Notes under the pieces: model-generated
Told to the model about the DNA's origin: nothing
Databases searched by the model: none
Seen by the model: the letters and a program-made list of their open reading frames with translations, nothing else
Program-made: the position numbers and the translations under genes
In this document: piece after piece, positions 28,403 through 38,090 of the stretch
How the letters are laid out: every line of letters starts with the position of its first letter
Numbering within the stretch: the stretch's first letter is position 1
From: Sumerlaeia bacterium
GTDB taxonomy: Bacteria; Sumerlaeota; Sumerlaeia; SLMS01; JAHLLQ01
Reading direction: 5' to 3'
NCBI GenBank assembly: GCA_040219255.1
Contig: JAVJSW010000049.1
Span: forward strand, 128,001-192,000
Length of the DNA: 64,000 nt

Positions 28403-29549
28403 GATAGGCCTCGATTCGCAGGCCGTCGCCGCAGCGGACCCGCCAGTAAGGGGCGCCCATGTCGTCGAGGACACGGCAAACGCCTTCAGTGTGCTCTTCT
28501 TCGCAGAGGACGAAGCAGGTGCCGCCTCCACCGGAGCCGTTGATCTTTCCGCCGAGCGCACCGTGCTCGCAGGCGTTCGCCAGGATGGAGTCGATGCGCT
28601 CTGTCGAAACACCCAGGGATTTGGAGAGTTGTGTGTGATGTAAACTGAGCAATTTTCCAAGCCTTTCCAGGTCGTGCCGGTCCATCGCGGGACCGCCTTG
28701 GTCAAAGAGTTCGCGCGCCGCTTCGGTCAGGCGCCGGTTCACGAGATTGCCTTCGATCAGCCGGCGAAGGGCGCCGTCCTCCGCCTGAGACTCGTCCGCC
28801 GAACCGTTCCCGCTCGTGAGCTTGCGATGCTCCCACTCGGCGAACGGATCGTGCTTGGTGGTGCAAACGAAGCCAGCCCTCTCCAGAGGGCGGCGCACAC
28901 GGCCCAACACGCCGTTCGTATCCTTGGGCTGGCCGCTGCCGATCAGCAGGATCACGCCCCCGAAACCCGGCAGCGTCTGCACCGGATAAGGCGGAAGCGT
29001 CTTGAGGTAGACCACCCCGCCGAAGGCCGAGGAGAACTGATCCATCATGCCGCCGGGCGAGCCAAATTCCAGCACTTCGCTCTGGTGTGCCAGCATCGCC
29101 ACCGCGTGCGGATCGTTGGCCCGGGGCGAACCGGCGGCGGCATAGAGAAACGCGGACCAGGCGATCTGAAGCGCCGAGGAGCTTGAGGCGCCCCCGTTGA
29201 TCGGGATCGTGCTCTTGACTTCCACGTCGTATCCGGCCGGCCAGGAAATCCCTTGGCGCAGAATGCAATTCGAAGCGGCGGGCAGATAATCGCGGTCGTG
29301 CCGGTAGGCGAACGGCTTGTTCGGGTCGTAGGAGAATTCCTCGCCCACGTCGGGCAGCGAGATGCGCCACTTAGGACCGTTGCGGCGTGAGCCGCGCAAC
29401 TCGACTCGCAGGTCGATGGCGCTGGCGATGACCGGCAATCCGAGGTAATCTTGATGTTCGCCGAAAAGACAGATGCGTCCGGGAGCGCTGGAAACCAAGC
29501 TCGCCGGGGGCGACACGACGCCCTCTTGATCCACTAGGAAGCCAGACAT
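28383..29549 (-). CDS. galK: Galactokinase-family GHMP kinase
   Basis: APGRICLFGEHQDY, PINGGASSSSA, GMMDQ, GGKINGSGGGG. Confidence 0.82.
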   Translation of the reverse strand: MSGFLVDQEGVVSPPASLVSSAPGRICLFGEHQDYLGLPVIASAIDLRVELRGSRRNGPKWRISLPDVGEEFSYDPNKPFAYRHDRDYLPAASNCILRQGISWPAGYDVEVKSTIPINGGASSSSALQIAWSAFLYAAAGSPRANDPHAVAMLAHQSEVLEFGSPGGMMDQFSSAFGGVVYLKTLPPYPVQTLPGFGGVILLIGSGQPKDTNGVLGRVRRPLERAGFVCTTKHDPFAEWEHRKLTSGNGSADESQAEDGALRRLIEGNLVNRRLTEAARELFDQGGPAMDRHDLERLGKLLSLHHTQLSKSLGVSTERIDSILANACEHGALGGKINGSGGGGTCFVLCEEEHTEGVCRVLDDMGAPYWRVRCGDGLRIEAYHDCQSD

Positions 29550-30628
29550 GGGGCGATCTCCGAGATTTCAATAGGCCGGCCTTCGCGCAGAGAACGCTCC
29601 GCGGCCAAGGCGATGAGCAGCGCGTCGCGCCCCACTTCGGCGCTGGCTGTGGGGACGGTTCGCCGGGCGCAGGCATCCAGAAATTCCCGCCGCTGCGTCT
29701 GGCAGCCGATGTGGCCGATGCCCTCGTTGTCCGCCAGCATGTCCATCCGCTCGAAAGTGAGCGGCTGCCCCAGACCGCCCACCCCCAGGCGCGCGTCCTG
29801 ATAGGCGATCATCTGGCGGCCGCTCAGGGAAATGGCGCCCACTTCCAGCCCTTCCGGCATCACATTGTGGGGGCGCAGGTACATGCACAAAATCAGGGAC
29901 GCGCGGCCACCATTCTCGTAGTCGATCGTCACCAGCGCGTGATCCACCGTGTCGATGGACGCGACGGCCAATGGCGGGTCGGGGCAGTAGTCGCAATCGA
30001 TGATCGAGCCGTCTTTCCAGACGTGCTGGCCACCGGTGGCCCAGACGCGCGTGGGGCGGCTGCCGATCATCCAGTTGAACAGGTCGAAGTGATGGCAGTC
30101 CTTCTCGACCATCGTGCCGCCGGTGGCGGCCTGGCTGTAGAACCAGGGTTTCTGCGGGAAGCACTGGCGCAGTTCCTTGCACCACATCAGGCGCACCGGA
30201 TGAGCCGGGTCGGCGGACAGCTCGGCCATGCGGCGATAGAGGTTCGAGTAGCGGTAGACGAGACCGATCTGAAGCACGGCGCCGCACCGTTCGGCCTTCG
30301 CGATAATCGCGTCGCAATCGCCGATGGTGTTCGAGATCGGTTTTTCGAGAAGAAGATCGGCGCCCGCGTCGAGACACGCCTCGGCCACCTCGCGATGAGC
30401 ATCGTCGGGCACCGCGATCACCACCGCGTCCGGCTTTTCATCCGCCAGCATGCGGCGGAAATCGGTGTAGTGGCGCGGTGCCTCGTGGCGCCATTCGATG
30501 GGGCGGATCGCCAACGCCGCCGCATCCCGGTCCGCCGTGGCCACCACGCGGCAATCGTCGAGCCTGTCGAACCCACGGGCGTGGGCCGCGCCCATATCGC
30601 CCAAACCAATAACTGCTATTCGAAGCAT
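29534..30628 (-). CDS. Gfo/Idh/MocA family oxidoreductase
   Basis: IAVIGLGDMG, DAVVIAVP, LLEKP, GGTMVEKDCHHFD. Confidence 0.9.
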   Translation of the reverse strand: MLRIAVIGLGDMGAAHARGFDRLDDCRVVATADRDAAALAIRPIEWRHEAPRHYTDFRRMLADEKPDAVVIAVPDDAHREVAEACLDAGADLLLEKPISNTIGDCDAIIAKAERCGAVLQIGLVYRYSNLYRRMAELSADPAHPVRLMWCKELRQCFPQKPWFYSQAATGGTMVEKDCHHFDLFNWMIGSRPTRVWATGGQHVWKDGSIIDCDYCPDPPLAVASIDTVDHALVTIDYENGGRASLILCMYLRPHNVMPEGLEVGAISLSGRQMIAYQDARLGVGGLGQPLTFERMDMLADNEGIGHIGCQTQRREFLDACARRTVPTASAEVGRDALLIALAAERSLREGRPIEISEIAPCLAS

Positions 30629-30685
30629 GATCGAAACCCTTCGCGGAAATGTCGGTTGCTGAAGCGTGGCGGAATCGCGAGTGCC

Positions 30686-31297
30686 TTACGGCGCGATCCC
30701 CGGGATTCCGGAGGACGAACCGCCATAACGCACCACGTCGCCATTGGACACGGTCCCGTTGGTGGCGTCGTACACGCCGTTCTCCGCGATGATTCCATCG
30801 TTGTCGGCCGGATCGCCCACCAGATCGAAGTCCAGATCGGGCCCCATGCTGCGGAGCGACCAGGCCTCCGCGTCCCAACGCAGAAAACCCACCGGCGGAT
30901 CGCTGGCGTAGTGGAAATATCGGTACGACGGGCCCCACGGCTCGGTGAAGTTCTTCTGCGGGTTGGCCGAGAGTTGGGGCTCGCCAGCCTGGAACGGATC
31001 GGCCGGAACGGACGTGATGTAGGCGATCGGCGTCGTCAGGAAGAAAACCGCCGTCTCGCCGTAGGGACCGCTCGTCGCCGGGTTGGTCCCGTAGAAGGGC
31101 GGGTAGTGGTTGTAGTCGACGACGTAAGCCTCGAAGGCGGTGGCCAGGGTACGCAGATCGGACTGGGCGCGGGAGACCTTGGAGCGCGTTTGCGCTTCCA
31201 GGAAGTTCGGCACGGCGATGGCCGCGAGGATGGCGATGATGGCGACGACGATGAGCAGTTCGATCAGCGTGAAGGCCGAGCGGCGGGAGTGAGTCAT
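30686..31297 (-). CDS. Prepilin-type N-terminal cleavage/methylation (pseudopilin-like) protein 1
   Basis: SA|FTLIELLIVVAIIAILAAIAVPNF class III signal; GGAGG RBS upstream of ATG 31297. Confidence 0.88.
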   Translation of the reverse strand: MTHSRRSAFTLIELLIVVAIIAILAAIAVPNFLEAQTRSKVSRAQSDLRTLATAFEAYVVDYNHYPPFYGTNPATSGPYGETAVFFLTTPIAYITSVPADPFQAGEPQLSANPQKNFTEPWGPSYRYFHYASDPPVGFLRWDAEAWSLRSMGPDLDFDLVGDPADNDGIIAENGVYDATNGTVSNGDVVRYGGSSSGIPGIAP

Positions 31298-31508
31298 GGC
31301 GGGTGTCCTCCGACAATTTTTCGCTCTCATTCTTTAAAGAGCTTGAATTTCTATGACGGTGCCCTCGACCCGCCCTCCTGTCAATGACTATCTCATCCCG
31401 ATTTCACGAGCGAATCACTTTTTTGCAGAAGCCTTAAAAATAAAAAATCACTCCACCGACTGGACTTGCGGCGGAGCGCTTCGTTTTTGTTCAAGCGGCT
31501 GCGTTTTT

Positions 31509-32801
31509 TTAGAGCACCTGCTCGAGGTTCACGTGCGAGGTCATGAAGATGTGGTGCAGCACGATGGCGGCGGCGCCGAGGGTGCTTTCGTTCTCGCGTT
31601 GCTGGCTGATGATGAGCCTGGTGCGGGGGCGGACCGCCGGGAGCACCAGCCGTTCGAGGTTTTTCTCCACCATCGGCATGAACAGCGCGTTCGAGCGGCA
31701 CACGCGGCCTGTCAGGATCACCGCCTCCGGGTTGAACAGGGAAATCACCGTCGCGATGCCGTAAGCCAGATGCAGTGCGAAGCGCTCGATCACCTCCGTC
31801 GCCTCTCGATCGCCCTGGGATGCCATTTCGGCGATCTCCGAGGCGTCGCGGAAGTTCAGGCCCGCCAGCCGGCCGAGGCGGGCGATGCCGGCACCGGACG
31901 CCACGTTCTCCAGCCCGCGCTCGATCCCCGTGTACCAGGGCACGCCGGCGTCGCCGAGGGGGATGTGACCCAGTTCGCCGGAGAATCCCATGGCGCCGCG
32001 GAACAGTTTCTTGTCGATGACGATGCCCATGCCCAGGCCGAAGCCGATGTTGATGACGGCGAAGGTGTTGAGGTCGCGGCCGGTGCCGAACCACATCGAG
32101 CCGAGGGCGCTCATGCGGGCGTCGTTGTCGAGGAAGACGGGAACGCCGAAGCGTTCTTCCAGGCTGTGGCGGATCTGGCGTTCGTCCGTGCCGCCACCCG
32201 CGTGCGTCGCGGCGGCGCCGTTCGATGCGGGCCCGGCGGGGCGTTCCGGTTCGCCGACGAGACCGGGCAGAGCCACGCCGATGCCGGCCAGCGGCGGAAG
32301 CATGGAAGCCTGGGAGACGTAGAGGTTTTCGCCGAGGCGCACCAGCCGCTTGGCCAGTTCCTCCGCGGATTCGGACTCCGGCGTGTCTTCTTCGATGCGG
32401 GCGAGGATCGTGCCCCCCAGGCTGACCGCCACACCGGTGGTTAGGCGCTTGCCGGCGTCGATGCCGACGACGCAGGCGGCCTGGGGATTGAGCGTGACGA
32501 GTTTGGAATGGCGGCCCAGCCGGCTGGTCTTGCTTTTCTCTTCGAAGACGAGGTGTTCATCGAGGCTCTCCTGCACGAAGGAGGAGACGCTGGGCAGGTT
32601 GAAGCCGGAGATATCGACGATATCGCGGCGGGAGATCGGCCCCGACTGGCGGATGATGTTCAGAACCTGGTGCTTGCGAAGACGGCGCTTCTCCAGGCTG
32701 CGGGCGGCGGGGCTGGAGGAGTCGGGCAGAACGACCAGATCGGGGCGGGTCTTCAAGGGGGAAGTCAAGGAGGGCGAAACCTCGTGTGAATGGTTGCGCA
32801 A
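31509..32801 (-). CDS. ROK family transcriptional repressor (HTH + ROK)
   Basis: N-terminal 'VLNIIRQSGPISRRDI' HTH; GIDAG, GIGVALPG, DNDAR, GLGMGIV, GELGH. Confidence 0.9.
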   Translation of the reverse strand: MRNHSHEVSPSLTSPLKTRPDLVVLPDSSSPAARSLEKRRLRKHQVLNIIRQSGPISRRDIVDISGFNLPSVSSFVQESLDEHLVFEEKSKTSRLGRHSKLVTLNPQAACVVGIDAGKRLTTGVAVSLGGTILARIEEDTPESESAEELAKRLVRLGENLYVSQASMLPPLAGIGVALPGLVGEPERPAGPASNGAAATHAGGGTDERQIRHSLEERFGVPVFLDNDARMSALGSMWFGTGRDLNTFAVINIGFGLGMGIVIDKKLFRGAMGFSGELGHIPLGDAGVPWYTGIERGLENVASGAGIARLGRLAGLNFRDASEIAEMASQGDREATEVIERFALHLAYGIATVISLFNPEAVILTGRVCRSNALFMPMVEKNLERLVLPAVRPRTRLIISQQRENESTLGAAAIVLHHIFMTSHVNLEQVL

Positions 32802-32804
32802 TCG

Positions 32805-33683
32805 TCAACTCTTCAGACCGGTCGTCGCAATACCAGAGACGAAGGCCTTTTGAGCGCAGATGTACAGGACCAGGATTGGCAAAATCGAGACCATGGCTGC
32901 GGCCATCATTTTCGGCCAGTCGCTGCTGAATTGGCCTTGCAGGAAAGAGAGCCCAGCCGTCAACGGCATTTTTTCTAAAGTGTCTATATAAATGAGCGGA
33001 TTGAGCAGATCGTTCCAGCTCGCCATGAAGGTGAAGACCCCCAGCGTGGCGAGCGCGGGCCGCGACAGAGGCAGGTAGATCCGCCACAGGATCGTGAAAG
33101 GATTGCAGCCGTCCACCAGCGCCGCCTCGTAGAGATCTTTTGGTATGGAGATATAAAATTGCCGCAGAAAAAAGACGCCGAAGGCCCCGCCAAAAAACGT
33201 CGGCAGCCAAAGCGGATAGTGAGTGTCCTTCCAGCCGAGCCACTGGAACAGGATGAACACCGGGATGATCGTGAGTTGATAGGGCACCATCAGCGTCACC
33301 AGCGTCGCGCCGAAAATCACGGGCCGCCCCGGAAAGTTCAACCGCGCCATGGCGAATGCCGACATCGAGCAGGACAGCAGCATTCCCAAAACCGCCAACC
33401 CCGTGATCTTGAAGCTGTTGAGCGTGAAGCGCAGCACGGGCAGGTAGTCCTTCGTGAAAAGGTCCGTGTAGTTGCTCCAGTTCCATGCTTCCGGAATCAG
33501 CGTGGGCGGATAGGCGAAGGCCGACGAGAAGGTCTTGAGGGACGTCGACACCATCCAGAGGAACGGAAACACCATCGCCAGGGCGATGACTGTGAGCACA
33601 AAGTACCAGCCCGCGGCGGTGGCAATTTTCGAACCGCGGGGCCAGTTGTCGACCCAGCGGGGGGCCTGCGGAGATTTAGTCAT
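32805..33683 (-). CDS. Carbohydrate ABC transporter permease (MalG-like)
   Basis: PFLWMVSTSLK, EAALVDGC (EAA loop), WNDLLNP, GLKS end. Confidence 0.93.
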   Translation of the reverse strand: MTKSPQAPRWVDNWPRGSKIATAAGWYFVLTVIALAMVFPFLWMVSTSLKTFSSAFAYPPTLIPEAWNWSNYTDLFTKDYLPVLRFTLNSFKITGLAVLGMLLSCSMSAFAMARLNFPGRPVIFGATLVTLMVPYQLTIIPVFILFQWLGWKDTHYPLWLPTFFGGAFGVFFLRQFYISIPKDLYEAALVDGCNPFTILWRIYLPLSRPALATLGVFTFMASWNDLLNPLIYIDTLEKMPLTAGLSFLQGQFSSDWPKMMAAAMVSILPILVLYICAQKAFVSGIATTGLKS

Positions 33684-34704
33684 GATGCACCCAAACTCTC
33701 TGAGCCCAGATCTGAATCAGGGTCACGGCGAAAATGATGACAAAGAGGGCGGTTCCGATAGTGGTCGCATAGCCCATCTGGAGGTATTCGAAGCCATTGC
33801 GGTAGAGATAGTACACAAGCGTCAACGTCGAGTCCGCCGGCCGGCCGTCGCGGGCCATGATATAGACCTGGTCGAAAACTTGAAATCCGGAAATCAATGT
33901 GATCACGATGACGAAAAAGGTGATGGGAGAAATCGTCGGCAGGGTCACGTGGAGGAACCGCTGAAAGCGGCCCGCGCCATCTAGGGTGGCCGCTTCGTTG
34001 AGAGACACGGGGACTTCCTGCAAGGCCGCCAGGAAAATCACCATGTTGTAACCGAGGCCCTTCCAGACGCTCATAATGATAATCGCCAGCATCGCCGTTC
34101 GAGGATCGTTCAGCCATTTGACGGGCTCGGGAGGCGTCAGTCCCACGAATTTGAAAGTCTGGGAAATCAGATAATTCAGAACCCCGATGTTCGGATCGTA
34201 GAACCACGTCCAAACCAGCGACACCGCCACGAAGGAAGTGACCACCGGCAGGAAATAGAGCGTGCGGAACACCTTGATGCCGGGCAGTTTCTGATTCACC
34301 AGGATCGCCAGCAGCAGCGACAGGACGACCCCCAGCGGCACGGACAGTGCCACGAAGTAGGCCGTGTTGGCGGAGGCCTTCCAGAACAGGCCGTCGGTCA
34401 GCAGACGCGTCCAATTGCCCAGCCCCTTGAACTCGGGCGCGGTGACGCCGTTCCACTCGCACAGGCTCAGAACCCAAGTGAAAACCACCGGTCCGGCGAC
34501 AAAAAACAGGAGGCCGAAGATGTAAGGCCCGGCCAGGATCAGACCCCACGTTCTCTCGAGCCGCTCCAACGGGCCTCTCCGGCGGGGTCGCTTCTTGGTG
34601 AGGGGCGGGTTCTGGCGAACCGTTTCGACCGCCACATCGGCGGCTTGGTGCTCGGGCCCGTCGTCGCGGACGGGCGCTTCGGACTTCAGCAGAGCCGCGC
34701 TCAT
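33676..34704 (-). CDS. Carbohydrate ABC transporter permease (MalF-like)
   Basis: GLGNW, FRTLYFLP, WKGLGYNMVIFLAALQ, EAATLDGA; ATGA-coupled to the SBP gene. Confidence 0.93.
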   Translation of the reverse strand: MSAALLKSEAPVRDDGPEHQAADVAVETVRQNPPLTKKRPRRRGPLERLERTWGLILAGPYIFGLLFFVAGPVVFTWVLSLCEWNGVTAPEFKGLGNWTRLLTDGLFWKASANTAYFVALSVPLGVVLSLLLAILVNQKLPGIKVFRTLYFLPVVTSFVAVSLVWTWFYDPNIGVLNYLISQTFKFVGLTPPEPVKWLNDPRTAMLAIIIMSVWKGLGYNMVIFLAALQEVPVSLNEAATLDGAGRFQRFLHVTLPTISPITFFVIVITLISGFQVFDQVYIMARDGRPADSTLTLVYYLYRNGFEYLQMGYATTIGTALFVIIFAVTLIQIWAQRVWVHHD

Positions 34705-36023
34705 GGCGCCGTCGCCTCGGCCAGAATCGCCTCCACCTCGGCGGCGGCGTCGCGGCAAGCCTCGGTCGCCTCCTTGCGCCCCAGCCACACCAACTCCAAC
34801 TGCGACCGGATCGCCGCTTCCCATCGCGGAAAGCCCGGCGTGAACGGCAGCGGCTGGGCGTATTCGAACTGCGCCAGGAACGCCTCCTTCACCGCCGGCC
34901 GGTCCGCCAGGTACTCGGGCGACTCGGCGACGCTCTTCAGCGCCGGGATCGACGCGCGCAATTCAGCCAGCTTCTTCTGGTAGGCTTCCGACCCCATGAA
35001 CCGGATGAAGCGCCAAGCCGCTTCCTTGTCCGGCGAGGTGCTCGACATCACGTGGCACAACCCGTTCACCGGCGCGGCTTCACGTTTGCCGGCGGGCAGG
35101 GGAACCACGCTCCACTCAAAGGCGTCGATCTCGTCGTAATTGTTCACCATCCACGACCCATCGGTCGTCATCGCGACCCGGCCGGTCAGGAACATCTGCG
35201 ACCCAAAGGCCGCGGCCTGCGAAGCGTCCGGCGACACCTCGTGCTCGGTCACGAGCGAGGTGTAGAACTCGAGAGCCTCGCGGGCGGCCGCCGTGTCGAG
35301 CAGGCACTCCGTGCGATCTTCCGAAAGAATCCGCCCGCCGTTCTGCCATACGAAGGACCCCCAGTGAACCTCCATCGATTCGAAGGAGGCCAGAAAGCCG
35401 AACTGATCGGTGCGCCCATCGCCGTCGTGATCCCGCGTCAACGCCTTCGCCGCCTCCAGCAGATCGGGCCAGGTCCACTCGCTCGTGGGATGCGCGATGC
35501 CCGCCTCGTCGAACAGGTTCTTGTTGAAATACAGGGCCACCGTGTTGCAATCGCGGGGCATGCCGTAGCGTCGGCCATCCACGGTGAAGACCTCGATGGG
35601 AGCCTGATAGTAGGCGCCGAGGTCGATGGACGGATCGTTGGCGAAACGCTCGGTCAAGTCCTCGATCTGACCCAGAGCCAGGTAATCGTGGAACTGCGTG
35701 CCGCCCAGGAGGAAGACATCGGGGGCGCTCCTGGCCGCCATCTGAGCCTGGATTTTCCGGTTGTATTCGGCCCAGGAGGCGTACTCCACCTTGATCTCGA
35801 TATCGGGGTTCTGGGCTTCGAAGAGCGAAATCAGCTCCTTCTCCGCCGCGATCTCCGAAGGCAACCCCCAGCGGCCGTAGCGCACCAGCGTCTTCTCCGG
35901 AGCGCCGCTTCCGCCGCCGCAGGCCGACAGCAGGGCCAGACCCGCCAGCGCGGTCGCGAAGCAAACCCCCAGGCCCGGCGCCCCGTTCTTTCTCAGTGAG
36001 TTTCGAAGTCGAAAAAGCCGCAT
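34701..36023 (-). CDS. Sugar ABC transporter substrate-binding lipoprotein
   Basis: Lipobox LSA-C; FEAQNPDIEI, APDVF, YGMP, LYFNKNLFDEAG, WTWPDL, FLTGRVAM. Confidence 0.9.
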   Translation of the reverse strand: MRLFRLRNSLRKNGAPGLGVCFATALAGLALLSACGGGSGAPEKTLVRYGRWGLPSEIAAEKELISLFEAQNPDIEIKVEYASWAEYNRKIQAQMAARSAPDVFLLGGTQFHDYLALGQIEDLTERFANDPSIDLGAYYQAPIEVFTVDGRRYGMPRDCNTVALYFNKNLFDEAGIAHPTSEWTWPDLLEAAKALTRDHDGDGRTDQFGFLASFESMEVHWGSFVWQNGGRILSEDRTECLLDTAAAREALEFYTSLVTEHEVSPDASQAAAFGSQMFLTGRVAMTTDGSWMVNNYDEIDAFEWSVVPLPAGKREAAPVNGLCHVMSSTSPDKEAAWRFIRFMGSEAYQKKLAELRASIPALKSVAESPEYLADRPAVKEAFLAQFEYAQPLPFTPGFPRWEAAIRSQLELVWLGRKEATEACRDAAAEVEAILAEATAP

Positions 36024-36177
36024 GGCGAAAAACCCTTTCCCAGAGGTCGGCGACCGCCGCGCACGGCGCGATGGAGCCGCGAGGAGAAGTCGATGTTGCA
36101 ACAAGAGGTAGGGGAGGCCGCACGAGTTTGTCAATTCGATTTTTAAAACTTCTACAACAATGGTTGCGCCTTTCTTT

Positions 36178-37149
36178 TCAGGCATCCGCGCTTCCAGTCC
36201 CGTCTCTTCGCGAACGCTCCGGCCGGCGGAATCCGAGCTGGGCGGCACTGACCGGCAGGCCCATCTCCGGCGACACCTCCCACCGCACGCGGTCCAGCGC
36301 CACCGGCAAGACCGCCTTGGCCAGCGAAAGGGCCGCCATGGTACCGACCGACGGCGCAACGATCAGATCGAAGATTTCCACGCCCGGACCCTCGCCCGGC
36401 ATCAGCGATGCCACGCCGCAAGGCAGACCGGTGGCCAACGGGCCGCCATCGAGAACGGCGATGCGGTGCCTTGCCACGTCCCACGACGGAGCGAAGAGCT
36501 TCGCCAGAAGCGGGTGCTCGAGCGAACCCGGCCGGTCCATCCCCAGGCCCCGCCAGGCGAATCCAGCGGGAGCCTGCGGCGGCAGGCAAAAAAGGTTCAG
36601 CCGGGGCCAGTCACCCCATTCGAACCCGCGCACCCGCCACCGGTGCGCTTCTCCGCAGGACGGGGGAACGGTTCCCCAGACCATGGCACCAGCCAGGCCG
36701 GGGACGGAGCGAAAACCCATCTTGCCATAGAACGCCTCCTGATGCGAATCGGGTTCCACATTGAGTTGCAGGCAACGCACGCCGCGGCCTCCGCAATCGG
36801 CCAGCAGGGCCCCGAAAAGTGCCCTGGCGATGCCGCGCCGGCGATGACTCGCTCGCGTGAACACATGGCCCAGCAATCCGGCGCCTCCGCCCTCCCAGGT
36901 GCACACGTTGGCAACCGGCTTGCCATCGTCGAGCGCCAGATAGAAGCGCCACGCGAGCCCGTCGCGCACACCGGGGGCCTCCTCTCCGCCTTGGCGGCGG
37001 AAGTCCTCGAGATGGGCCATCCAAGGCTGACCCTTGTGCCCCAGAAGATCGGCGAGTTCGAAGGAGGACAGGGAGCGATGCACCGCCAGGGCGAGACCGT
37101 CGTACTCGCCCAAAGGACTGAAATCATCCGCATTGTTGGCCGGTTTCAT
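36178..37149 (-). CDS. GNAT family N-acetyltransferase
   Basis: 'LGHVFTRASHRRRGIARAL' (motif A, R-x-x-G-x-A), 'FYGKMGF'. Confidence 0.78.
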   Translation of the reverse strand: MKPANNADDFSPLGEYDGLALAVHRSLSSFELADLLGHKGQPWMAHLEDFRRQGGEEAPGVRDGLAWRFYLALDDGKPVANVCTWEGGGAGLLGHVFTRASHRRRGIARALFGALLADCGGRGVRCLQLNVEPDSHQEAFYGKMGFRSVPGLAGAMVWGTVPPSCGEAHRWRVRGFEWGDWPRLNLFCLPPQAPAGFAWRGLGMDRPGSLEHPLLAKLFAPSWDVARHRIAVLDGGPLATGLPCGVASLMPGEGPGVEIFDLIVAPSVGTMAALSLAKAVLPVALDRVRWEVSPEMGLPVSAAQLGFRRPERSRRDGTGSADA

Positions 37150-37303
37150 CTCGAAATCCTTTCCGCGTGGGGGCTCTTTTTTCTGGGGAGGATGTGAAAA
37201 TCTATTGACAGGGAATGTCAAACTGGATTTTTAAAACGCATTCAATAAATGACCTCAAGAATTGCGGGCCAGTCCCTTCCACCCTATCAGGAGTTCGCAG
37301 CGT

Positions 37304-38011
37304 ATGGTTTTCTCTTCCCCTTTCCGGAGACTTCCGGCTCCTCCGGCAGTCCGTCGCGGAGCCCTCAAGGGGGTCACTTTCCGGGCCTTCACACTGATCG
37401 AGCTTCTGATCGTCGTCGCGATCATCGCCATTTTGGCGGCCATCGCGGTTCCCAATTTCCTGGAAGCCCAGACTCGTGCGAAGACCTCGCGCGTGAAGTC
37501 CGACATGCGCTCCCTCGCCACCGCCCTTGAGTCCTACCGTGTGGACTCGAATCAGTACCCTTACGGCGATGGCACGGGCGACGGGTTCACGGCGGTCGCG
37601 GGGACACGGCGCCTGACGACACCGATCGCTTACATGACGACGATTCCGATCGATGTGTTCTCGCCCGATCCGAACACGGCGCCGTCCGCCGGTGCCTTTA
37701 TCCATCCCTACTCGCCCGCTTTCTTCTACGTTTCCTCGCGCCCCGGCGGCTTCCCTGGAATCGCGGCCAGCGCGGGCACTTGGGGCTGGCTCGTCGTCGA
37801 CTATCGTGTCAACGCCCTCGCCGTCGCCCCCAACACGGTGCTGGGAGCCGCTCTCGCCAACGAGTCGGAGAACGTTTTCTGGGAGCTTCGCAGCCTCGGT
37901 CCCGACCGCGAAGGCAACTCCAGCTTCCCCTACGATCCCACGAACGGAACGATCAGTTCCGGCGACGTCACCCTCTTCGGTCCCGGCAACTCGGGCAAGA
38001 ACGGCTTCTGA
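37304..38011 (+). CDS. Prepilin-type N-terminal cleavage/methylation protein 2
   Basis: RA|FTLIELLIVVAIIAILAAIAVPNF; AGGAG RBS; TTGACA at 37205. Confidence 0.88.
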   Translation: MVFSSPFRRLPAPPAVRRGALKGVTFRAFTLIELLIVVAIIAILAAIAVPNFLEAQTRAKTSRVKSDMRSLATALESYRVDSNQYPYGDGTGDGFTAVAGTRRLTTPIAYMTTIPIDVFSPDPNTAPSAGAFIHPYSPAFFYVSSRPGGFPGIAASAGTWGWLVVDYRVNALAVAPNTVLGAALANESENVFWELRSLGPDREGNSSFPYDPTNGTISSGDVTLFGPGNSGKNGF

Positions 38012-38090
38012 CGCCGCCGTCTTTCCCGGCCGGCGCCACCCTCGAATCGAACGACCCCCGCTTCACTTCCCACAGGAGATTTTCCCCATC

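Noticed and set aside
32805-36023. Sugar ABC transporter lacks an ATPase gene
   Set aside because: Common for CUT1 systems, which share an MsmX/MsiK-type ATPase encoded elsewhere.
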